From assembly GCA_963754765.1 (NCBI GenBank), contig CAVWHJ010000008.1:53733-117732 (forward strand): a stretch of 64,000 nucleotides of DNA, written 5' to 3'. Of the stretch, positions 11,833 to 23,385 are shown piece by piece. How positions within the stretch are numbered: the stretch's first letter is position 1; every line of letters begins with the position of its first letter. The notes beneath the pieces were generated by a model. The model was not told where the DNA came from. It worked only from the letters and a program-made list of their open reading frames with translations, and did no database searches. Made by a program: the position numbers and the translations under genes. Source of the DNA: an uncultured Acidobacteriaceae bacterium (GTDB taxonomy: Bacteria > Acidobacteriota > Terriglobia > Terriglobales > Acidobacteriaceae).

Positions 11833-12786
11833 CTACTCGCTGCGCATGCGCGGGTTGGCTACAGTGTAGGCGATGTCGGTGAGGAGATTCACTCCCACAT
11901 AAGTGAGACCCACGGCGAGGATGCAGCCCTGGACGAGGGCGTAGTCGCGGTTGGAGATGGCGGATAGGGTGAGGCGGCCGATGCCGGGCCAGCTGAAGAT
12001 TGTTTCAGTTACGATGGCGCCCGCAAGAAGGCTGCCAAACTGGAGGCCGATGACCGTGAGGACGGGAATCAACGCGTTGCGCAGGGCGTGGCGGTAGACG
12101 ACGGCGTTCTCTGTCAGGCCTTTGGCGCGGGCGGTGCGGATGTAGTCCTGGTTGAGCTCTTCGAGCATGGCGGTGCGGACCATGCGGGTGAGGATGGCGG
12201 CGAGGCCGAGGCCGAGGGTGACGGCGGGGAGGATGAGGTGGAGGAGGAAGCTGGTGGGGCTGCCGTCGCCTGCTCCGGAGACGGGAAGCCAGCCGAGTTG
12301 GATGGAGAAGAGCAGGATGAGGATGGGGCCGAGGGCGAAGTTGGGGAACGAGAGGCCGACGAGGGAGACGACGCCGAGGGTGCGGTCTTGCCAGCGGCTG
12401 CGATGGAGCGCGGACCAGATGCCGGCGGGGATGGAGAGGGCGATGCCGATGAGGAGCGCGGCGATGGTGAGCGCGAGGGTGTAGGGGTAGCGCTGCAGGA
12501 CGAGGTGGGTGACGGAGTCGTGGAGGCGGAGGGATTGGCCGAGGTCGGCGTGGAGGATGCCGTGCCAGTAGTGGGTGTACTGCTGGCTGAGCGGAGCGTC
12601 GAGGCCGTAGGAGTGGCGGAGGGCGTCGATGTCGGAGGCGGTGGCGCCTTCGCCGAGCATCTGGACGATGGGGTCGCCGGGGACGAGGTGGATCAGGAGG
12701 AAGACGACCGAGACGACGACCCAGAGGACCGGGAGGGTGACGAGGATGCGGCGGAGGGGTTTCCAGAGAGCTGTGGTGCGGCTCAT
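11833..12786 (-). CDS. Peptide/nickel ABC transporter permease (DppB/OppB type)
   Basis: LIHLVPGDP, DYIRTARAKGL, ETIFSWPGIG; start overlaps the upstream stop (ATGA). Confidence 0.92.
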   Translation of the reverse strand: MSRTTALWKPLRRILVTLPVLWVVVSVVFLLIHLVPGDPIVQMLGEGATASDIDALRHSYGLDAPLSQQYTHYWHGILHADLGQSLRLHDSVTHLVLQRYPYTLALTIAALLIGIALSIPAGIWSALHRSRWQDRTLGVVSLVGLSFPNFALGPILILLFSIQLGWLPVSGAGDGSPTSFLLHLILPAVTLGLGLAAILTRMVRTAMLEELNQDYIRTARAKGLTENAVVYRHALRNALIPVLTVIGLQFGSLLAGAIVTETIFSWPGIGRLTLSAISNRDYALVQGCILAVGLTYVGVNLLTDIAYTVANPRMRSE

Positions 12787-14183
12787 TGGGTTGACTTCCG
12801 TGCTTGTCGGTTTCGTCGACGGGTTCCTGCGTGGCGGCGCGATGTCTTCGACGACGACGCGGCTGATGCGATGGCCGGCCATCTCGGCGACACGGTAGCG
12901 GCGGCCTTCGTACTCGAAGCTTTCGCCGACGGTGGGGATGTGGCCGAGGTGCGCGAGGAGAAAGCCGGCGAGGGTTTCGACGCCGGCCTCGCGGGGGAAG
13001 GTCCAGTGGAGCTGGGTGCCGAGGTCGCGGAGGGTGGTGCTGCCGTCGAGCGACATGGCTCCGGTGGTGCTGAGGAGCGGGGATTTGCTGATGTCGAACT
13101 CGTCTTCGAGCTCGCCGACGATCTGCTCGAGGACGTCTTCGGCGGTGACGAGGCCGACGGTGGAGCCGAACTCGTCGACGACGATGGCGATCTGGCGGCG
13201 GCGCTCCTGGAACTCCTGCAGAAGCTCGATGGCGAGCTTGGTCTCGGGGACGACGGATGAGTTCGCGCATGACCTGGCGGAGGGTGAGGCCGGATTCGCC
13301 TTTGCCGCCGAGCGAGAGGGCGACGGCGCGGAAGTGCATGAGGCGGGAGATGTCCTTGGAGTAGACGATGCCGATGATGTGCTCGGGGCCGCTCGCGGGG
13401 TTCGTAGACGGGGACGCGGGAGTGCTGCTCTTCGACGATGCGGGCGGAGGCTTGCTGGAGGGGCATGTCGGCGGGGAGGGAGAAGATGTTGCCGCGGGGG
13501 GTCATGATCTCGCGCACGGTGACGTGGTTGAGCTCGATGGCGCGGTGGATGATCTCTTCCTGAAAGACGGGCAGCAGGCCCATGCGGCGGGTCGCGGTGG
13601 CGATGAGCTTCAGTTCTTCGGGCGAGTGGACGGCGCCTTCGCCGCGCAGTGGGGCGCGGAAGAGGTGGAGCACGACGGCCGCGGAGGTGTTCATCAGCTT
13701 CACGACGGGGCGGGTGATGCGGATGAAGACGTCCATGGGCCCGGCGACGGCGAGGGCGATGCGTTCGGCGCGCTGGAGGGCGAGGGATTTGGGGACGAGT
13801 TCGCCGAGGAGGACTTCGAAGTAGGTGATGAGCGAGAAGGCGATGATGACCGCGATGGTGTGGGCGTAGAGGACGGCGTGGGCTGGAAGCGCGTGGAGCG
13901 AGTTCGCGGCGAGAGCGAGGATGATCTCGGCGACGGCGGGTTCGCCGATCCAGCCGAGGGCGAGACCGGCGACGGTGACGCCGAGCTGGACTGCGGGGAG
14001 GAACTCGTCGATGGAGTGCTTGAGTTTGAGGGCGGTGCGGGCGCCGGGACGGCCGAGGGCGATGAGCTGCTGGATGCGGGTCTCGCGGACGCTGACGAGG
14101 GCGAACTCCGCAGCCACGAAGAAGCTGCTGGCCAGGATGAAGAAGGCCACCATGATCAAGCGGAAGAGCATCCATTCGAGCAT
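12783..14183 (-). CDS. Hemolysin-family (CNNM/CBS/CorC) membrane protein; frameshifted
   Basis: FFVAAEFALVSVR, GELVPKSLAL, VVDEFGSTVGLVTAEDVLEQIVGE. Confidence 0.9.
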   Translation of the reverse strand: MLEWMLFRLIMVAFFILASSFFVAAEFALVSVRETRIQQLIALGRPGARTALKLKHSIDEFLPAVQLGVTVAGLALGWIGEPAVAEIILALAANSLHALPAHAVLYAHTIAVIIAFSLITYFEVLLGELVPKSLALQRAERIALAVAGPMDVFIRITRPVVKLMNTSAAVVLHLFRAPLRGEGAVHSPEELKLIATATRRMGLLPVFQEEIIHRAIELNHVTVREIMTPRGNIFSLPADMPLQQASARIVEEQHSRVPVYEPRERPRAHHRHRLLQGHLPPHALPRRRPLARRQRRIRPHPPPGHARTHPSSPRPSSPSSFCRSSRSAAARSPSSSTSSAPPSASSPPKTSSSRSSASSKTSSTSANPRSSAPPEPCRSTAAPPSATSAPSSTGPSPARPASKPSPAFSSRTSATSPPSAKASSTKAAATVSPRWPAIASAASSSKTSRRHAGTRRRNRQARKSTQ

Positions 14184-14225
14184 TCAGTGCAAGTGTAACG
14201 GAGCAGACGGAACGCGATGCAGACG

Positions 14226-14973
14226 TTACGCGGGGAGCCGCTTCAGCATCGCGCTCGCGCTGCGGAACCATGGCCGCTCGCGACGGCGTTGGTAGCCGGG
14301 CATCGTCGGCTTCTTGTCGAGCACTTTCTGGATCCACTCGCGTGCTTCGGCGTTGCGTCCTTCGGAGGCCAGCAGACTTGCGATAGTTGAGGTAGGTTTC
14401 GGAAAAGGTCGATATTGACGTGGCGCGTTCGAAAGAGTGCTTCGGCTTTTTCTTTTTGCCCGGTCAGTGCATAGGCTGAGCGAGCAGTCCGGCCGCGCGA
14501 TGAAAATCGTGGCCGGGATCCTTGGCGACGACCTGTTCGAGATCGGGCATCGCGGCTGCGGCGTCGCCTAAGAGGATGGCGCAGAGGCCGCGCCCGTAGA
14601 ACGGATCGATGGTACTGGGGCGGGCGGCAACGGCCTTATCGTAGGCATCGCGTGCCGGCTGGAGTTTGTTCTTCCTCAAGGTAGAGGTCGCCCAACTCTT
14701 CGTAGTTTCCTGAGGATGGGTTGTCGCGAATCGCGACTTGAAGTTGTCCGATGCGTTTGCGGCGGGAGAACCCCTGGAAGGAGTGGCGAGCGAGGCCGAT
14801 GTCGGGAAGGGCTTCGGCGAACGAGATAGACGAGTGCGCCGATGGGGCCGAGAAACAGGATGACGTAGATCCAGTAGGTGTCGGGCCGGCGCCGGATGAA
14901 ATGGATGATCTGCCAGACCCTGGAGGATGAGGCCCCACGGATAGAAAAGGTGGCTCAGGAGTCCCACAGGCAT
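14226..14973 (-). CDS. Membrane-anchored TPR-repeat protein; frameshifted
   Basis: N-terminal TM segments; NYEELGDLYL, AYDKAV, PFYGRGLC TPR-like helices. Confidence 0.6.
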
Positions 14974-15006
14974 TTGTCCTTCGCGTCAAATTTCATATCG
15001 AAACGA

Positions 15007-15034
15007 TAGAAACATAACATACATAGACGGCAAG
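15007..15034 (-). other. dif-like 28-bp site (candidate)
   Basis: Minus strand CTTGCCGTCTA-TGTATG-TTATGTTTCTA versus E. coli dif GGTGCGCATAA-TGTATA-TTATGTTAAAT. Confidence 0.35.
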
Positions 15035-15074
15035 AGCGATGGGATTTGCGTCGTCGCGGCGCAGGAACGAAACA

Positions 15075-15104
15075 ATGGCCTTGCGACCGGAGCCGCAAGG
15101 CCAT
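15075..15104 (-). terminator. Hairpin downstream of trxA
   Basis: Perfect 11-bp inverted repeat ATGGCCTTGCG/CGCAAGGCCAT. Confidence 0.65.
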
Positions 15105-15147
15105 CTCTCAACTGAAGCCGGTATCGCTTGAACTTCTGCCGCTCGGC

Positions 15148-15479
15148 TTACGCCAAAACTTTGTTGACGGATTTGTCGATGGTGTCCTTGGGGACAAAGC
15201 CGACGATCTGGTCAGCGACCTTACCATCCTTGAAGAGGAGAAGGGCGGGAATGCCGCGAATGCCATAGCGCATCGGCGTAGCGGTGTTGGAGTCGACATC
15301 CATCTTCATAACTTTGAGCTTGCCGTGATACTGATTAGCGACCTCATCGACAACCGGGGCAAGGCGCGGCAAGGACCACACCAGGCGGCCCAAAAATCTA
15401 CAAGTACTGGCTCTGCCGACTGTAGAACATCTTTTTCAAAGTTTGCATCGTTTACTTCGGTGACGTGCTGTCCTGCCAT
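15148..15479 (-). CDS. trxA: Thioredoxin (frameshift ~15365)
   Basis: [13 protein letters not shown]; [15 protein letters not shown]; GGAGG RBS. Confidence 0.92.
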
Positions 15480-15598
15480 TTAACTTCCTCCAGATCGCTC
15501 TGCCCCTTGTACACCCATGCGGTGTGGCGCAGTCTTCACAATAATAGATGCTTTTAGCGTTAGGCAGTGAGATTCAGAACCGAAAGATCGTGAGCCTT

Positions 15599-15671
15599 AA
15601 AAAGCAAACGCCCGGACCTCTATTGAAGAGGTCAACGGGCGGCGTAGCAGCCCTCCCCAGAACTGCCCACG
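15599..15671 (-). ncRNA. Candidate two-hairpin small RNA
   Basis: TTTACG-17bp-TACCTT promoter, 5' hairpin starting at the expected TSS, then a terminator hairpin and U-rich tail. Confidence 0.5.
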
Positions 15672-15785
15672 AGTGCTAAGGTACGCAACAATGTTCATGA
15701 CGTAAAGAAATCTTAGGTAATACGCAGAAATGTTACCGGTTGTTATTTTTGCAATAAGCCCTTACAGGTGTTGAAGATAGGCGTT

Positions 15786-16703
15786 TCAGGCCTGAAGTAC
15801 GCCTCCAGAGATCCTGGTGTGGATAATTTCGAGTGCTGGATCATGGGCCGCTTGACGGATGATGGCGTCAAGTGCGGATGGCGCGGGGTTTTCCGCGATC
15901 AGCAGAACAGAGGGACCTGCGCCACTAAGGGCGACCCCAAGAACGGCGGGGTTTTCCGTCAAGGGCAGAAGCAGAGGCAGGAGCGGACAGGCCTTCAGGC
16001 GATAGGGCTGGTGGATGCGGTCCTGCATGGCGGTGCGGAGGAGATCGCCGCGTCCCTGGGCAGAATGCGGCGACGAGAAGGGCGGTGCACTGGATGTTCG
16101 CGACGGCGTCTTCCCGGGAGTAATGGGCGGGAAGCAGGGCGCGGGCCTTGGCGGTGGAGAGGCTGGCGGAGGGCAGGGCTAACAGCAAGTTCCAGGTTAG
16201 GTCTTGTCCGCAAGTAGCTGTAAATAACTGATTTTTCTCATCGCCGAGACGGTCATGCCGCCCAGATAGCAGGCGGCTACGTTATCGGGGTGGCCTTCGC
16301 GGCGGCAGGCTTCTTCGAGGATCTGCTGGGAGGTCCAATTGAGATTGCCGAAGTGGTTGGCGAGCAGAACGCCAGCCAGAAGAGCGGCGGCGCTGGAGCC
16401 GCAGCCCATGCCGAGGGGGATCTCGTTGTGGATCTGAAGGTGGAGGCGCGGGGCGAGGATGCCGGCGTTGGCAAGAACATCCATGTAGGTGGTGAGGATG
16501 AGATTGTGTTCGAGCTCGCGCGCAGAGGTCGGCGTTGCGGCCGGTAGCGTCGATGTGGAAGTCTTCGGCGGCGGTGGCGTCGATGGTGAGGTAGAGCGCC
16601 ATGGCCAGACCGAGGGCGTCGAAGCCGGGGCCGAGGTTGGCGGAGGTTGCGGGCAGGCGCAGGTGAAGGGGCTTGGTCTCGGCTGGGATCGGGCAGCGGG
16701 AGG

Positions 16704-16707
<4 letters not shown>
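15786..16707 (-). CDS. thrB: Homoserine kinase; frameshifted
   Basis: PATSANLGPGFDALG, IPLGMGCGSSAA, EGHPDNVA, LSGAGPS. Confidence 0.93.
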
Positions 16708-18138
<1,431 letters not shown>

Positions 18139-18196
18139 GGTTTTCTCTAGCCTATCGTAAAGGGCGCAGCGCGTCTGCCGTGCTGTTGCCTGTGCT

Positions 18197-18935
18197 GTGC
18201 TTGCGTTACTGACTGCAGGGCCGCGCGCCTGGGGGCAAAAAGAGCTGCGGGTGGCGGCGGCGGCGGATCTGCAGCCGGTGATGCCGGTGCTGCGCAGATG
18301 CCTATCAACATGCGACCGGAGTGAAGCTGGTGGTGAGCTTCGGGTCGTCGTCGACGCTGGCGACGCAGATCCTCGACGGCGCGCCGATGGATATCTTTCT
18401 GGGCGCGGACTTTGTCTATCCGGAGAAGGTTGTGGCGGCGGGACTGGCGGATGGGACGGCTCCGACGGCGTATGCGAAGGGGACGCTGGTGCTGTGGGCG
18501 CGGAAGGATTCGGGACTGCTGCCGCTGAGCCTCGAGTCGCTGACGGATCCGCGGGTGAAGACGGTGGCGATTGCGAATGAACTGCATGCTCCGTATGGGC
18601 GAGCGGCGGCGGAGGCGCTGCGGAAGATGAAGCTGTACGACACGGTGTCTCCGCACTTTGTCGTGGGGGAGAATATCGCGCAGACAGCGCAGTTTGTGGA
18701 GTCGGGGAATGCGCAGCTCGGGCTGATCTCGCTGACGGCGGCGAGTACGGAGCACTTCAAGGAGATTGGGACGTATGTGCTGATCCCGACGTCGCAGTAT
18801 CCGGAGATTCGCCAGTGCGCGGTGATTATGAAGAACTCCGATCGGAAGGCGGATGCGCATGCTTTTCTGGATTGGCTGCTGACGCCGGCGGTGCAGGGGA
18901 ATCTGGCGAAGCTGGGGCTGGGCGCGGTGAAGTAA
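18197..18935 (+). CDS. modA: Molybdate ABC transporter substrate-binding protein; start approximate, frameshift ~18295
   Basis: VAAAADL, FGSSSTLATQI..GAPMDIF, AIAN..HAPYGRAA. Confidence 0.9.
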
Positions 18936-18990
18936 GCGTATTTGTACGGCTCGAGTCATGAGCGTCGCAGGTGTCATAGACTGGCTCTGT

Positions 18991-19676
18991 ATGGATTTCC
19001 AGGCGCTATGGTTGACGTTGCGGCTGGCGGTGGGGACGACCGCGATCCTGCTGGTGGTGGCGTTGCCGCTGGCGTGGTGGATCGCTGCGGGCCATGGCGT
19101 GGGGCGGGCGTTGGTGCAGGCAGTAGTGGCGCTGCCGCTGGTTCTGCCGCCTACGGTGCTGGGGTTTTATCTGCTGATCATGCTGGGGCCGTTGAGTGCG
19201 CCAGGACGCATGCTGATTCGGGCGCTGGGACATCCGCTGGCGTTCAGTTTTACGGGCTTGCTGGTGGGTTCGGTGCTGTATAGCTTTCCCTTTGCGGTGC
19301 AGCCTCTGGTGGCGGGTTTTTCCGCAGTGGATCGAGGGTATGTGGAGGCTGCGGCTGGGCTGGGCGCGAGACCGTGGAAGGTATTTTTCTCCGTCGTGCT
19401 GCCGATGGCGCGTCTCTCGGTGTTGACGAGCGCGGTGCTGGCGTTCACCCATACCGTGGGCGAGTTCGGCGTGGTGCTGATGCTGGGCGGAAACATTCCG
19501 GGCGCGACCCGGACGCTGTCGATCTCGCTCTATGACCTGGTGCAGGATGGCAACTATGAGGCGGCGAACCGAACGGCTTTCGTGCTGGTGGTTTTGCGAT
19601 GGCGGCGCTGCTTGTGATCTATCTTCTGCCGGGAATGAGGAAGACGGATGGAAGGCAGGCGGACATTGTCCGATAG
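18991..19676 (+). CDS. modB: Molybdate ABC transporter permease
   Basis: LPLVLPPTVLGFYL, GEFGVVLMLGGNIPG; frameshift near the 3' end. Confidence 0.92.
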
Positions 19677-19694
19677 CGCTGCGGGAAGATCTGC

Positions 19695-20437
19695 TGACGG
19701 TGCGGATCGAGCATCGTGTCGGAGCGGTTTCGCTCGACGTGCAGATTCGCGCTGGCTGAGCCATGGACCGTGTTATTTGGGCCCTCAGGCAGCGGCAAGA
19801 CTACGGTGCTGCGAACGATTGCGGGCTTTGTGCGCCCGGATTCAGGATTGATTGCGCGGGGGAAGAGAGTGTTGCTGGATAGCAGCTGCGCATGTGTTTG
19901 TTCCCGCGCATCAGCGGCCGATACGCAGCGCAGGACAAACGGCTCGGTTGTTTCCTCACGCGACAGTTCGCGGAAACGCGATGTATGGAAACGGATGGAG
20001 ATCGAAGCCCGCAGAGGCGACAGAGGTTGCCGACGAAGTGCTGCGGCTCTTCGGCCTGACAAAGATCGCCGACCGGATGCCGCGCGCTCTGAGCGGAGGA
20101 GAGAAACAGCGCGCTTCGGTGGCGCGAGCAGTCGTCTCGGCGATTACGTTTGAAGGGCCGGGCACGGCGTTGTTGCTTCTGGATGAGCCGTTCTCCGGAC
20201 TGGACAATGCCATGCGCGACGACCTGCTGGTAGCGCTGCGAGAGTATCTCCGACGCTGGAAGACTCCGGTGCTTTCTGTGACGCATGACATCGGCGAAGC
20301 CTTTCAGCTTGGCGCGGAGGTCATCAAGATTGCGGATGGCTGCGTCGTGCAGCAAGGTCCGGTCGACGACCGTGCTCGCTGGAGATCGCGAGCGGTTGCT
20401 GGATCAACTCAACGCCGCGAAGAAAAGCCCAGCATGA
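19695..20437 (+). CDS. modC: Molybdate ABC transporter ATPase; frameshifted, ends approximate
   Basis: GPSGSGKT, LSGGEKQR, LLLDEPF, VTHD; follows modAB. Confidence 0.85.
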
Positions 20438-21496
20438 CGGGCTCCTGCTCGAGGTGAATGGAGAACTTGTCCTGCACTGCGGACACGACGGCGTCGCGTA
20501 GAGCAATCAGCTCAGCAGCTGTTGCGTCGCCGAGGTTCACGAGCGCGAGGGTGTGGCGGGAGGAGATCGCCGCGCGTCCCATGGCGAAGCCTTTGTGGAA
20601 GCCGGCCTGTTCCACCAGCCATGCGGCGGCGAGCTTCACCATTCCCTCCCCTGCTCGATACTGCGGGATTTCTTCGGTGCGGTATCCCGCCTCAAGGGCT
20701 ATCTGGGGCGAGCGATGAAGACGGGACTATGGGGTTTTTGAAGAAGGATCCGGCGCTGCGCCCGTCCGGACCGCCCTGGCCAGCGAGCATTCCTTTCTGT
20801 TCGCGAATCGATCGCACGGCATCGTAGACCTGGCGCAGCGTGGGATGCTCCCCTCGTTCAAGCTGCGCGGCGAAGTGCTGTTTGACGTCGGCGTATCGCA
20901 GAGCGGGCTCTCCGCCCGGCCGCAGTTTGTAAGTCACAGAGGTGACGATGTAGCGCCCGCGGGCTTCCGTGTTGAAGAGGCTGCGGCGGTAGCCGAAGCG
21001 GCAGGCTTCATGGTCGAGATCGACGAAGTTTACTGGTCTCGAGATCGTAGGCGCGCACTCGGACGATGGTCTCGGCTACCTCCTGCCCGTAGGCGCCGAC
21101 GTTTTGTACGGGAGTTCCGCCTACGTCTCCCGGAATGCCGGCCAGGCACTCGATACCGGCGTAGCCGCGATCGACGGCGTGGAGCACGAGGCTGTCCCAG
21201 TTCTCGCCCGCGCCAACCTCCAACTGAACGCAGTTCCCTTCCTGATGCTCGCGTTTCGCGGCGTGTGCGCCGACGCGCATCACGAGGCCGTCGAATCCGG
21301 CGTCGCTGACCAATAGATTGCTGCCGCCGCCCAGGACGAAGAGGGGGAGTTTGCGCTCGTGGGCGAATTGCACTGCCTCTGCGACCCCGGCCTCGTCTTC
21401 AACCTCGCAGAAGAAGCGCGCCGGGCCGCCGATCCCAAGCGTTGTGTAAGGGGCAAGCGGGATGGACTCCTGAAACTTCAAGGCGGGATGCGGCAC
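20409..21496 (-). CDS. murB: UDP-N-acetylenolpyruvoylglucosamine reductase; frameshifted
   Basis: LGGGSNLL, GIPGDVGGTPVQNVGAYG, SAGSFFKNP, HTLALVN, LEQEP. Confidence 0.95.
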
Positions 21497-21790
21497 GGCT
21501 TGAGAGTACATCATCGACTTGGCCCACTGAAGCATGAGGCCATTGAAATCCGCTTCCGTAAACGCTCGATGAACTATTGACACAACTGATAGCCTTTAAC
21601 TTGAGGGCTGACCCAAGCTCGGACGGTCATAAGGTCTTCCGTTTGGCCTTGGCCCACTGAAAGTCCGGACTTATGTGCCCTGTTGCGAAGACTTTGCACA
21701 CTTTTTCCGGGTAGGGGAGTGGATAGCTTCAGCGGTACCCCGTAGAATCGAAACAGGCGCGGCTTTCACCCGCGACCAAGGGAGATGCAA

Positions 21791-22216
21791 ATGTATCCAG
21801 AGATTATGGTGATTCCGATGCGCGAGGAGCTGACGCGCGCTGGCATTGCGGAGGCCCGTACAGCGGCCGATGTTGATAAGGCGCTGGCACAGCCTGGGAC
21901 GACGATGGTCGTCGTGAACTCGATCTGCGGATGCGCCGCAGGCAAGATGCGTCCGGGGGTTCGCCTCGCGATGCAGCATGCGGCCAAGCCGGATCATTCG
22001 GTAACCGTGTTCGCAGGGCAGGACCGCGAAGCGACCGAGAAGGCACGCAGCTACTTCGGCGGACACCCGCCGACCTCGCCTGCGATTGCGCTTCTGCGCG
22101 ATGGGCAGCTTGTCTACCTGATGCAGCGCTCGGCGATCGAGACATCGACCGCACCGGCGATCGCTCAGGAACTGGCTCGTGCGTTCGATACGTACTGCGC
22201 GCCGACGACTGCTTAA
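21791..22216 (+). CDS. BrxA/BrxB (YphP) family bacilliredoxin
   Basis: PMREELT, VNSICGCAAG (CxC), TVFAGQD. Confidence 0.9.
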   Translation: MYPEIMVIPMREELTRAGIAEARTAADVDKALAQPGTTMVVVNSICGCAAGKMRPGVRLAMQHAAKPDHSVTVFAGQDREATEKARSYFGGHPPTSPAIALLRDGQLVYLMQRSAIETSTAPAIAQELARAFDTYCAPTTA

Positions 22217-22240
22217 CCCGTAAGACAAAATTCGAATCAG

Positions 22241-22281
22241 AAGCCGGAGCCGCATGATTGCGCGGTCTCCGGCTTTTTTTT
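22241..22281 (+). terminator. Rho-independent terminator
   Basis: AAGCCGGAG...CTCCGGCTT followed by a T-run. Confidence 0.8.
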
Positions 22282-22409
22282 GCATCTTCGGCTCAACTGG
22301 CGGATCGTTTTGCCGATCTAGTGAGAATCCATGTCTATCTCACGATCCGCTTCTTCCCTATTCGTCGCTTCTCTACAAGAGCCTTCTGTCTTAGCGTCAG
22401 CCAATCGAG

Positions 22410-23383
22410 ATGAAGAGCGAGATCGTTGGCAGCAGTGCGGCGATGCAGCGTCTCCGCCTGCAGGTGCGACGAATTGGGCCGCACTTCCGCACCGCTCTGA
22501 TACGAGGAGAGGCGGGGACCGAAAAGCGGCTGGTGGCGCACGCGCTGCATGGGTTGAGCTCCGGCGCAGATGGCCCTATCGTGGTCGGCCACGCGGCTAA
22601 GTTTGAGGATGCTCTGGCGGAGTGGCAAGGCCGAATGAGGGCGCTTTCCCGTCCAATCTCTTTCTGGAAGGCGTCAACGAGATGCCCGTTGGAGATCCAG
22701 GACCGGCTTCTTCGGAGGCTGAAAGAGCAGAGTCGGCACAGAGCCTGGATGGGGCGCGCAGGAGGGAGATGCGGATGATCGCGTCTACCTCTGAGGATCT
22801 CAGGGTTCTGGTATCGACTGGACTGTTTCGGCAGGAGCTTTATCAGCGGCTCGCCACGGTGGAGATTGTGGTTCCTCCGCTGCGTGAGCGGGTGGAGGAT
22901 CTTCCGGAGTTGTCGCGGCGTTTTCTTTGCCAGTTTGCGTTCGTGAATGGAAGACGCGCAGCCGAGATTGCAGACGAAGCGATGGAGCGAATGCAGGGAT
23001 ACCGCTGGCCCGGGAATACGAGCGAATTGGAGAGTGTGTTGCGAGTCGGCGCGGTTCAGTGCGAAGGCGAAGTGCTTGAGTGCCGCCATCTGCCGGTGTT
23101 CGGCGGGCTGCCACGATCCGGGAAAGACGATGGATGGGCGGAGGTGAGCCTGCGGTTACAGGATGTCGTGGACCAGCACGTGCTCCGGGTGTTGAAGGAC
23201 TGTGGCGGAAACAAACTACGTGCTGCGGAGGCGCTGGGAATCAGCCGGTCTACGCTCTACAGGATGCTCGAAGCCGCAGCTTCGACGGGCATTTTGCGTG
23301 AGGTAAGTGGCTTTCGACGCTTCGCCGGCTGTGGCGTTCCTGAGTTCGCCCTCGAAATCACTGTAGACTTGCAAGTGAGTTGA
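22410..23383 (+). CDS. Degenerate sigma-54-activator-like (AAA+ plus Fis HTH) regulator; frameshifted
   Basis: IVGSSAAM, FRQELYQRL, PPLRER, WPGN, GNKLRAAEALGISRSTLYR. Confidence 0.8.
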
Positions 23384-23385
23384 GG

